Positions 34,066 through 41,941 of a stretch of 64,000 nucleotides of DNA are shown here, one piece after another. Made by a program: the position numbers and the translations under genes. Origin of the DNA: Thermoplasmata archaeon. GTDB lineage: Archaea; Thermoplasmatota; Thermoplasmata; Lutacidiplasmatales; UBA184. The stretch is from assembly GCA_027314165.1 (NCBI GenBank), contig DAHVCH010000004.1, positions 75,784 to 139,783 on the forward strand. The letters are read 5' to 3'. Every line of letters starts with the position of its first letter. Position 1 is the stretch's first letter. Below the pieces are notes generated by a model that had not been told where the DNA came from, searched no databases, and saw nothing but the letters and a program-made list of their open reading frames with translations.

Positions 34066-34394
34066 TCGAAGACCTCCTGGTCTCGCTCGTGGATCGCTTC
34101 AACCGTCGCACGGCGGAGAACCCGGGGGTCCGCGAGGAGCTCCAGGGGATGGAGCGGATCATCCAGCTCAATTTCACCGACGCAGGGCCCTTCACGCTGG
34201 AGCTCAAGGGCGGCAAGCTCTCGCCCCCCCGCATCGGCAACGGGATCACGCCGCAGGTGAAGATCACCACGGACACCCAGACCTTCCAGGGCCTGGTGAA
34301 CAAGGAGATCGGCCCGATCAAGGCCATGTACTCGGGGAAGCTCAAGATCGACGCGAGCCTCGAGGACAAGCTGCTCCTACGTCGGCTGCTCTGA
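34062..34394 (+). CDS. SCP2 (sterol carrier protein 2-like) domain protein
   Basis: It overlaps rnhB by ATGA. The 110-aa sequence contains ...IIQLNFTDAGPFTLELKGGKL...TTDTQTFQGLVNKEIGPIKAMYSGKLKIDASLEDKLLL, which matches the SCP2 pattern. Confidence 0.75.
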   Translation: MIEDLLVSLVDRFNRRTAENPGVREELQGMERIIQLNFTDAGPFTLELKGGKLSPPRIGNGITPQVKITTDTQTFQGLVNKEIGPIKAMYSGKLKIDASLEDKLLLRRLL

Positions 34395-34501
34395 GCCCGG
34401 AGCGCCCCCCGGTCGGCCTCCTCCCCCCATCCCAGACGCTGAAATAGGGGTGCGGACCCTTCGGTCACGGCGCGTTCTTTGGGCGCGCCCGTTGGTCGAA
34501 G

Positions 34502-35869
34502 ATGTCGTACCCGTATCCAGGGCCGGAGAGCCCCCCGCCACCGCCGGCCGCAGGAGCGCCCCCCTACGCGACACCCTACGGCTACCCTCCTCCCGGGGGG
34601 TACCCTCCGCCGGCGCCCCCTCCCCCACCCAGCGCTCCACCCCCCTCGCCCCCTCCGAAGCGGCCCCGGTCCAAGGTGCCCCTTCTGGTGGGCGTCGCGG
34701 TCCTCGTCGTCGTGGTCCTCCTCCTCGCCCTGGTCTTCGGCGGCGTCCTGAAGCTCGGAGGAAGCGGCTCCCCCAGCGGCACCGGGGGGCCCGGACCGAC
34801 CGGGCTCACCTACCGCCAGGCCCTGAACCAGGCGAACCAGAGCGTCGTCAGTGCCCGGGGCGGAGGACCCTGGCACGTTGCCTACGCGTCGATGATCGAC
34901 TCGTCGTTCACCTACGACCACTACATCTGGGGACCGTGCAGTCCCGAGGGGTACTCCCCTAACGCCTCGGCGCTCGTCGCCCAGGGGGAGGCCTACGACT
35001 GGTTCTTCGTGTTCGTGACGGTCCCATTCTCCCTCTCCTATTCTCACGCCATCTACGTGTCGGTGTGGAACGACTCGGGCGCTCTGGTCTCCCAGGTCGA
35101 CCCGATGACCATGTGCACCAGCTACGGCGTCCAGGGGCTTCTGGCCGGCAACATCTCCGATTCGCCACAGGCCCTCACGGCCGCGGCGCAGCACGGGGGC
35201 TCCCAGTTCCTGGCGCTCCATCCGAACGCGACGGTGGTCGCGAGCGCGAGCTACACCTTCGACCTGAGCATTTTCGCCTACGACCTCACCTGGCGGGTCG
35301 ACTACCAGACCGTGGAGCTTGCCCGTGGGCCCCAGCCCTACAGCGGGCTGTCCGTCGTGCTCAACGGAACGACCCTTGCGCTCCAGTCCTCGAACTGGGT
35401 GAACGGCACGTTCACCTCCTCCGGTGCCCGCTGGCTCGCCTATCCGGTCCAGTTCGCCTTCTCCTCCAGCGGGAGCTCGGCCGGAGGGACGCTCTTCTTC
35501 GACAACGTGACGATGACCGTCCCCGCCAGCCTGGGGATGACCACCGACAACCTCAGCCTCGCGATCCTGCAGTCCAACCTCACCCTGGTGAACAACGGCG
35601 CGCTCGGGGGTTGCGTCCCTCCAGGGTTCCCGGTGTGCGGGGCCCCCGGCGGAGGGGGCTGGATCACCCTGCTCTCGAAGGGCGGGACCCTCCTGGACAC
35701 CTACCCTGCCGCCCCCGGTAGCTTCGCGTGGAGCATCGCCGGCGGAACCGTGGGCATCTCCGGGACGGTGAAGCTGGAGATCATCTCGTCGTTCGCGCTC
35801 GCCGGGACGGGCGACACGCTCCGGGCGTTCAGCAACGGGGCCCAGACCACCGGGTCCATCGTGCTCTAG
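34502..35869 (+). CDS. Type-II membrane-anchored surface glycoprotein candidate (Pro/Tyr-rich cytoplasmic N-tail)
   Basis: The 455-aa ORF has an N-terminal P/Y/G-rich 55 aa, then KRPRSK plus the TM segment VPLLVGVAVLVVVVLLLALVFGG. The S/T/N-rich ectodomain carries about 10 N-x-S/T sequons. I recognise no family. Confidence 0.65.
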   Translation: MSYPYPGPESPPPPPAAGAPPYATPYGYPPPGGYPPPAPPPPPSAPPPSPPPKRPRSKVPLLVGVAVLVVVVLLLALVFGGVLKLGGSGSPSGTGGPGPTGLTYRQALNQANQSVVSARGGGPWHVAYASMIDSSFTYDHYIWGPCSPEGYSPNASALVAQGEAYDWFFVFVTVPFSLSYSHAIYVSVWNDSGALVSQVDPMTMCTSYGVQGLLAGNISDSPQALTAAAQHGGSQFLALHPNATVVASASYTFDLSIFAYDLTWRVDYQTVELARGPQPYSGLSVVLNGTTLALQSSNWVNGTFTSSGARWLAYPVQFAFSSSGSSAGGTLFFDNVTMTVPASLGMTTDNLSLAILQSNLTLVNNGALGGCVPPGFPVCGAPGGGGWITLLSKGGTLLDTYPAAPGSFAWSIAGGTVGISGTVKLEIISSFALAGTGDTLRAFSNGAQTTGSIVL

Positions 35870-35911
35870 GACCCCCGTGCACGGGCCGAACGGGCCCGGG
35901 GAAGCGCGGCC

Positions 35912-36412
35912 TCAGCGCAGGAAGACGCAGGCGGCGATGCAGACCCCGTAGTGGTCCATCGGGATCGAGAGCTCCTCGGTCCGGTAGAAGATCTTGCGGA
36001 GCTCGACACCGCGGAAGTGGGCGATCTCCTGCATGCGCCAGCGCAGGAACTCCTTGAGCGCCTTCTGGGTCCCGTGGATGTGGCCCTCGGCGACGTAGCC
36101 GCCGTGCCCGTCGGTGCGGAACCCGTAGGCGATCCCCGCGCTGATGACCTCGCCCTCGCCGCCTTGATGGCGGGCGAGGACGCAGTGGGTGATGGCGCCC
36201 ATGGAGAGCGACTGCCGGTCCACCTGTCGGACGCCGTCCGGAAGGACCGAGGAGACGGAGACCAGGTTCTGTTCCCCGATACCGGCCTTGAGCAGCGCCA
36301 GGTCGAAGGCGTTGAGCTCGCTCGTCTTGTTGATGGCCCGACCGCTCGTCACGAAGAAGCGGGTGGGGATCGGCGTGAGGGACGAATCGACCTTCTGCGC
36401 GCTCTTGGGCAC
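35912..36412 (-). CDS. pdaD: Pyruvoyl-dependent arginine decarboxylase
   Basis: From GTG 36412 it reads MPKSAQKVDSSLTPIPTRFFVTSGRAINKTSELNAFDLALLKAGIGEQNLVSVSSVLP..., including the self-cleavage SS site. The minus-strand box CTTAAAGC lies about 27 nt upstream, a leaderless spacing. Confidence 0.88.
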   Translation of the reverse strand: MPKSAQKVDSSLTPIPTRFFVTSGRAINKTSELNAFDLALLKAGIGEQNLVSVSSVLPDGVRQVDRQSLSMGAITHCVLARHQGGEGEVISAGIAYGFRTDGHGGYVAEGHIHGTQKALKEFLRWRMQEIAHFRGVELRKIFYRTEELSIPMDHYGVCIAACVFLR

Positions 36413-36717
36413 GAGGGAAGGCGACGCGCGCTTGGCTTTAAGCTCATGCTCTGGCGCTCGAGGCTCGCGCCCCACGGCGGGCGACCTCCCCGCCGGAAGG
36501 TCGGCGGCGGGCGAGCGGGGCCTCCCGGGACGGGGCCCGGGGCTCGCGTCGGAGGCTCGACGCGCCCTCCGCGTCCGAGGACGTCTCCGAGCCCGCGACA
36601 CGACATTCATCAACCACGGGCACAATGTGGCTCCCGGTCAGGCAGGAGGGCCATGAACGTCCGACCGACCGATGGCCGGACGACAAGGAGCCCCTGCCGC
36701 CACCCGGGGAGCGAGGC

Positions 36718-37164
36718 GTGCCGCTGAAGGAGAAGGACCGGCGGCTCCTGGAGGAGCTCAAGCGCGACGGACGCGCGACCCTCACGGCGCTCTCCTCCCG
36801 GCTGGGCGTCCCTCGCGTCACGCTCCACGACCGTCTCGAGCGCCTCAAGGCCGAGGGGGTGATCCGTCGGTTCACGGTGATCACCGAGCCCTCGCTCGAG
36901 GGCCTCGGCACCTCCGCCTTCGTCCTGGTGAGCTTCGAGAAGAGCGGTCGGGTCACCCAACGGGCGGTGGCGGAGTCCGCCGGACGCCTTCCCGGCGTTC
37001 AGGAGGTCCACGTCATCGCGGGGGAGTGGGACATGCTGCTGAAGGTCCGGGGCGAGAGCCTGGAGGCCATCGGACGACTGGTGGTGGAGAAGCTGCGGGA
37101 GATCCCGGGCATCGCGTCCACGATGACGCTGCCCTGCTTCTTCACGGTCAAGGACCTCCCCTGA
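36718..37164 (+). CDS. Lrp/AsnC-family transcriptional regulator
   Basis: From in-frame GTG 36718 it reads LKEKDRRLLEELKRDGRATLTALSSRLGVPRVTLHDRLERLKAEGVI, followed by a RAM domain (AFVLVSF...GEWDMLLKV). It is divergent from pdaD. Confidence 0.85.
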   Translation: MPLKEKDRRLLEELKRDGRATLTALSSRLGVPRVTLHDRLERLKAEGVIRRFTVITEPSLEGLGTSAFVLVSFEKSGRVTQRAVAESAGRLPGVQEVHVIAGEWDMLLKVRGESLEAIGRLVVEKLREIPGIASTMTLPCFFTVKDLP

Positions 37165-37193
37165 CCACGACCCCACGGGGGGGTCGCGCTCCG

Positions 37194-37511
37194 TCAGCGC
37201 AGCCAGGAGGCCCAGAGCGCCGCGGGGGCCAGGACCTCGCCCGGCGGAGCGTTGAACACCCCGTCCAAGGCGAGGGTGACCAGGATCACGGCGGCGACGA
37301 GGACCAGGATGAGCCCGATGACGATCCAGGCGGGGGGACCCCGTCCTGCGGCCGCCGTGTTCCACTGGGGGGCGTAGGAGATGGGCACCGAGGCCACCTG
37401 GGGCACGTGGGTGGTGCTGAGGGAGCACCGCGGGCAGGAGAGCATCGGCTCGGAGGAAAGGTAGCCGCAGACGCTGCAGTACCGACGCGCTTCGCCGCCG
37501 GGGTCGGCCAC
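37194..37511 (-). CDS. Hypothetical zinc-ribbon protein with C-terminal TM segment
   Basis: It starts at GTG 37511 and has high third-position GC. It has CSVCG...CPRC, then PAWIVIGLILVLVAAVILVTLAL. The start is uncertain. Confidence 0.5.
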   Translation of the reverse strand: MADPGGEARRYCSVCGYLSSEPMLSCPRCSLSTTHVPQVASVPISYAPQWNTAAAGRGPPAWIVIGLILVLVAAVILVTLALDGVFNAPPGEVLAPAALWASWLR

Positions 37512-37680
37512 GTAGGAAGATGAGGGGAGCGGCGAGTTATGGCTTTCCGTGCAGGAGAACTCCCCCTCTCGGAGAGGGGGCGCGGGCCGTGGAGGACCCG
37601 ACCTACCCTTGAACGCGAGCGCCGCGATGGGCCCGCGTGCGCCTCCCGGAAGGAGGGGATCGTCGGTGAGCCTTCGCCGG

Positions 37681-38268
37681 TCAGACCATGATCGCGTGGC
37701 GCTGCCGGAGGGAGGCCTCGTTCTCTCCACGAGCCTGCATGAGCTCCGCGACGATCCCGTCGCCCAGTCGGAGGCTCCCCGACTCGAAGAGGGTCCCCAG
37801 GGGAGCGTGGACCGCCCGCTCGCTCTCCTCCTGGAACTCGAGCAGGAGGAGGAGGGTCGCCGCGTGGGAGAGCTTGCTCGTGCCCCGCGAGGTCACGACG
37901 ACCAGCTCGGCCCCCTCACGACGGACGATGTTGGCCGTCTGGAGCGACGACTGGCTCTCGCCGCGGTTGGAGAAGATGACGACCAGGTCCCCCTTCCGGA
38001 CGATGGGGGTGACGGACTCCCCGATGACGTAGGCGGTGATGCCCACCTGCACGAGGCGCATCGCGAAGGCCCGGGCGACGATGCCGCTCCGTCCGGCACC
38101 GTAGACGAAGACCTGGGGGGCCTTCTGGATCATCTGGACGGCCCGGCCCACCGCGGCGGGGTCGATCTTCGAGAGCGACTCCGTCACCTTGAGGCCGATG
38201 TACTCGACCGCGCGGCGGAACTCTCCCCCGGTGGGGGGCGCACGGGCCCCCCTAGCGTTTTCGGGCAT
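37681..38268 (-). CDS. SIS-domain sugar-phosphate isomerase (6-phospho-3-hexuloisomerase-like)
   Basis: The 195-aa sequence reads VFVYGAGRSGIVARAFAMRLVQVG...GDLVVIFSNRGES...GAELVVVTS, which is SIS/PHI-like. Confidence 0.8.
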   Translation of the reverse strand: MPENARGARAPPTGGEFRRAVEYIGLKVTESLSKIDPAAVGRAVQMIQKAPQVFVYGAGRSGIVARAFAMRLVQVGITAYVIGESVTPIVRKGDLVVIFSNRGESQSSLQTANIVRREGAELVVVTSRGTSKLSHAATLLLLLEFQEESERAVHAPLGTLFESGSLRLGDGIVAELMQARGENEASLRQRHAIMV

Positions 38269-39466
38269 GGGCGGACCCTTTCCCTGTCGGCTTCTTCGCG
38301 GCGGCGTGGCCCTTCGGGGCCGGCTTCGCCTTCCCCGCGGGCTTCGGCTTCGCGCCGGACTTGGGCTGGCCCTTCGACACGCCTTTCGGGGCGGGCTTGG
38401 AGGGGGCGGCGGGCTTCGAGGGAGCCTTGGCCGCGGCGGCGGGAGGGGGCGGGGCGTGCTTTCTCGCGAAGCGCTTCGCGAGGGCGCGCTCGTAAAGGAG
38501 CTTCATGTACATCGCGTCGTGCTCGAGGAGAGGCGAGGAGCTGATCACCGTCCCGTCGTACTCGCGCTCGGCGAGCACGTCCGCGACGGAGTCGAAGTGG
38601 ACCGCGCCGCGCTTGATCGGGGTCAGGCGGAAGTCCCCCTGCCCGTAGAACTCGACCCCGGAGAAGTTCAGGTAGAGCGAGCCGCGGCTCGCCTCGACGA
38701 AGTCGTCGACGAGCTTGTGGAGCTCGACCTTGTCGTCGAACTTCTTGTTCTCCCGGGCGGCGATGTGGGCCAGGTTCAGCACGGGGACGACTCCCTTGAC
38801 CTCCTTCGCCAGCTGGAGGATCTCCTCGCGGGTGCCGAAGACCTCGGGGTGACCGGAAGGCTCGATGCCGAGCTTGAGCTCCCCCTGGTCGAGACGGTCG
38901 AGCCACTTCCGGAGGTCCTTCAGGTCCTCCCGGGTGCGCTCGTAGGCCTGGGCGTGGTCCGGGGTGCCGTAGAAGCCCAGGTGGCCGACCATCGTCTCCG
39001 CGCCCAGGGCGTGGGCGAGGGCGGCGGCCCAGCGGTACTGGCGGAGCGTCCTCTCGCGAGCCGCGGGGCTGCTCGCGAAGTCGACGTAGTAGGGAGCGTG
39101 GAGGGCGATGTGGACGTCCACCGCGCGCGAGAGGACGCGGGCCTGCTGGAGGTCCGCGTAGCTCTTCGCGAGGAACCAGGAGAGCACCGTGACGTTGGCC
39201 TTGCGGGGGATGGGTTGGGAGAGCGCCGCCGGGTCCGGCACCGCGTCGGGCCGGGAACTGGTGGAGACCTCGACGATGACCTCGCCGGGGATGTCGAAGG
39301 GGCGCCGACCGATCTCCTCCTCCGAGGCGGGACGGGTGTGCGCGTTGACCTTGATGAACTGGACCTCCATCGCCGTGAGGCCCAGGCTGTGGATGTCCGA
39401 GATGCCGTCGCGGAGCGTGCGCCCCTTACAGGAGAGCGGGATGCCTGCAGGTCCGAACCGAATCAT
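38252..39466 (-). CDS. AP-endonuclease-family-2 / xylose-isomerase-like TIM-barrel protein with a Lys/Pro/Ala-rich basic C-terminal tail
   Basis: It starts MIRFGPAGIPLSCKGRTLRDGISDIHSLGLTAMEVQF and contains ...HAPYYVDF...VGHLGFYG...GIEPSG...NLAHI. The last 69 aa (38255-38461) contain 16 K, 2 R and no acidic residue. Confidence 0.75.
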   Translation of the reverse strand: MIRFGPAGIPLSCKGRTLRDGISDIHSLGLTAMEVQFIKVNAHTRPASEEEIGRRPFDIPGEVIVEVSTSSRPDAVPDPAALSQPIPRKANVTVLSWFLAKSYADLQQARVLSRAVDVHIALHAPYYVDFASSPAARERTLRQYRWAAALAHALGAETMVGHLGFYGTPDHAQAYERTREDLKDLRKWLDRLDQGELKLGIEPSGHPEVFGTREEILQLAKEVKGVVPVLNLAHIAARENKKFDDKVELHKLVDDFVEASRGSLYLNFSGVEFYGQGDFRLTPIKRGAVHFDSVADVLAEREYDGTVISSSPLLEHDAMYMKLLYERALAKRFARKHAPPPPAAAAKAPSKPAAPSKPAPKGVSKGQPKSGAKPKPAGKAKPAPKGHAAAKKPTGKGSAHARKR

Positions 39467-39525
39467 CCCGAAAACCCCCGGTCGCCCGGGCGCGGGCGGG
39501 CGCTAGGAGACCCTCGAGTTAAACC

Positions 39526-40293
39526 TTACCAACGCTCGAGGGGCTCCGATTTGCTGGCGACGAAGAGGCACGGGGGGCCGCGCCGGTCCGTCTCGAGCTG
39601 GCCCTTCCTCTTGCGAAGCCGTTCCAGGAAGGTCCCCCTCCCCCCCGCCCGGACCCTTGGCAGGACCAGCAGCCCCCCCTCCACGAGCTGGGCGCCCCAC
39701 GCCGGGGCGAGGTCGGAAGCCGCGTAGGAGACGATCGCGCGGTCGAACGGACCCTCCTCCGCCCACCCTTCGGCCCCGTTCGCCGTTCGAACGGCCACCG
39801 AGGGTCGGGCGCTGGCCATCTGGAGGCTCCGACGCGAGGCCTCGGCCAGTCCCGGTTCGATCTCCACCCCGCGGGCCGCGCCCTCCGCCCCCACGAGCCG
39901 GTCCATGAGCGCCAGCAGGTAGCCGCAACCGCTGCCCACCTCCAGCACCCGGAGCCCCGGGGCCAGTTCCGCCCACTCTAGCTGCAGCGCCACCATGTGC
40001 GGGGCCGAGATGGTCGCCCCGGGCCCCACGGGGAGGGGGGTGTCCTCGTAGGCGTCGCCCAGGTGTCGCGGCTCGACGAAGACGTGCCGAGGGACCTCGC
40101 TCAGGGCGGAGGCGATCTCAGGGTCCAGGGGCCCGAGCCCTTCGACCATCCGGCGGGCGAGGTCCCTCCAGGCGGGCAGGACCAGGTCGGGGCGAGCGGC
40201 CTCCCCGTAGCCCAAGGGCGCATCCTCCGTTCCCGGCCGGTCAACGGGCACCGTTCGGGTCGAGCGTGGCCGAAGCGGCCACCTCTCTTCCAA
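39526..40293 (-). CDS. pcm: Protein-L-isoaspartate O-methyltransferase
   Basis: It reads VPRHVFV...TISAPHMVALQLEWAEL..LRVLEVGSGCGYLLALM. The start is uncertain. The track start at 40293 overlaps rlmE by 53 nt, and ATG 40149 is the alternative. Confidence 0.85.
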   Translation of the reverse strand: MEERWPLRPRSTRTVPVDRPGTEDAPLGYGEAARPDLVLPAWRDLARRMVEGLGPLDPEIASALSEVPRHVFVEPRHLGDAYEDTPLPVGPGATISAPHMVALQLEWAELAPGLRVLEVGSGCGYLLALMDRLVGAEGAARGVEIEPGLAEASRRSLQMASARPSVAVRTANGAEGWAEEGPFDRAIVSYAASDLAPAWGAQLVEGGLLVLPRVRAGGRGTFLERLRKRKGQLETDRRGPPCLFVASKSEPLERW

Positions 40294-40903
40294 CCGCCGG
40301 GCGGGCGACGCTTCCCCGGAACCTCCGTCCCACGAGGTACATCTCGGACGAGGCCTCCCTGGAGGCGGGGGGCTTGGTCACGTCCAGACGCTCGAATCCG
40401 CTGCCGACCTTCCGGCGGAGGTCCTGGGTGAGGTCGCCCTGGAAGACCTTCACCGCGAAGTTCCCGCCGGGGACCAGCACCTTCTGGGCCAGCCCGTAGG
40501 CGAGCTCCGCGAGCTCCACGCTCCGCGCGTGGTCCATGTCGTAGTTCCCGCTCACCGTGGGGGCCATGTCCGAGAGGCATACGTCGAAAGGCTTGGGGCC
40601 GAGACGCTCGAGGAGACGAGGGTCGCCGACCCGACCGCGAAGGAAGGTCACCCCATCCATCGGTTCGAAGCCGCGCAGGTCAACGCTCACCACGTGCCCG
40701 CGGGGCCCGACGAGGTCACGGGCCACGATGCTCCATCCCCCCGGGGCCGCGCCCATGTCCAGCACCCGCTGGCCAGGCCTCAGCAGATGGAAGCGGTCCT
40801 GCAGGAAGAGGAGCTTGAAGGCCGCGCGGGAGCGAAGCCCTTCCTGTTGGGCGGCCCGGTAGTACGGGTCGCGGCGGCGCTCTTCCGCCCATCGAGGGGA
40901 CAC
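40241..40903 (-). CDS. rlmE: 23S rRNA 2'-O-ribose methyltransferase RlmE/FtsJ
   Basis: From GTG 40903 it reads MSPRWAEERRRDPYYRAAQQEGLRSRAAFKLLFL...VLDMGAAPGGWS...CLSDMAP...VKVFQG. The minus-strand box CTTATG lies about 25 nt upstream. Confidence 0.88.
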   Translation of the reverse strand: MSPRWAEERRRDPYYRAAQQEGLRSRAAFKLLFLQDRFHLLRPGQRVLDMGAAPGGWSIVARDLVGPRGHVVSVDLRGFEPMDGVTFLRGRVGDPRLLERLGPKPFDVCLSDMAPTVSGNYDMDHARSVELAELAYGLAQKVLVPGGNFAVKVFQGDLTQDLRRKVGSGFERLDVTKPPASREASSEMYLVGRRFRGSVARPAVGREVAASATLDPNGAR

Positions 40904-41205
40904 GCTCGAGGTCAAGCGGGAAGAGCATAAGGGGGGAGGGGTCGGCCGGAACCCTCCTCCCCGCGCCCCCGAACCGACCCCAGGGGGAGACGTACCCCAA
41001 GCCAGGAGGCACTGCGGACCGCCATACCACAAACGGGCTCCGCGGGAGTTCAGCGGGGGCTCACCTCGACCCCACCCTTTCAGATCCGGGGCTCGTGCCC
41101 TCAGGTCCTCTTGGTGGCCAGGAACGAGCACTGCTCCAACAGGCCGTGCGCGACAAATCCTGCGACGGGTCAAAGAAGAATTCGCCGGGTGGACCCTCCA
41201 ATCGT

Positions 41206-41910
41206 GTGTTTCTTTGCGCAAGAACGCGCCGCCCCGGCCTGGCACATTGGTCGACACTGGTCGCGTTGGCTGTCGGCGAGCTGATCGTCGCTTCGGGCTC
41301 GGCGAGCGCGAATGGCCCCGCGGCCCGTAGCGGTCGAGCGACCATGGGGCGGACGAGCACCCCCATTCCTTGGGGCTCGGCTATCGCGAACACGACCTGT
41401 CCGCCCTACCCGTGCGTCGAGAGGGCCAACTTCTCCACGACGGGAGCGGATCCCCAGGGGGTGAACGACTTCGGCGACTTCCCCCCCTCCGGTGAAATCC
41501 ACGTGGCCAACCACGGATCCAACAGCCTGGGGGAGGTATCTGCGAACGGCAACCCGGTCCCTCCCATGAACGTGCGGGCGGGGACCGCCCCGGAAGGCGT
41601 GGCGGGGGTGTTCCACATCCGGGTCTTCGCGAACGACTCCGTCGGAGAGAGCGGGACCGCCGTCATGGTCCTCACGATCACTGCGACACCGGGGCTCCCT
41701 CCAACGACGTTCTACGAGCTGGTGACGGGGCTGTTCGTTGTCGCGGTTGCGACCTTGCTGGCCCTTGCGGTGCTCCAAAGAAGGCGTCAGCAAAGGCGAG
41801 AAAACGCACGTTGGCCGGTAGATCGGACCAAGTTCTCACGGATGGACGATGCAGGCGGGTCGTCTTCCGAGCCGAGGGGCGACCGGCTCAAGCCCCCTCC
41901 GGGCAGCTGA
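41206..41910 (+). CDS. Secreted, C-terminally membrane-anchored protein (hypothetical)
   Basis: The start is set at in-frame GTG 41206, after an AT-rich box at 41172-41183. The signal-like N-terminus reads FLCARTRRPGLAHWSTLVALAVGELIVASGSASA. There is one YVTN-like stretch (IHVANHGSNSLGEV). The C-terminal TM is LVTGLFVVAVATLLALAVL followed by QRRRQQRR. It has more A/T-ending codons than the core genes. Confidence 0.55.
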   Translation: MFLCARTRRPGLAHWSTLVALAVGELIVASGSASANGPAARSGRATMGRTSTPIPWGSAIANTTCPPYPCVERANFSTTGADPQGVNDFGDFPPSGEIHVANHGSNSLGEVSANGNPVPPMNVRAGTAPEGVAGVFHIRVFANDSVGESGTAVMVLTITATPGLPPTTFYELVTGLFVVAVATLLALAVLQRRRQQRRENARWPVDRTKFSRMDDAGGSSSEPRGDRLKPPPGS

Positions 41911-41941
41911 AGCCCGCGCCGGTCCCCGCCTGCCTGGCACC

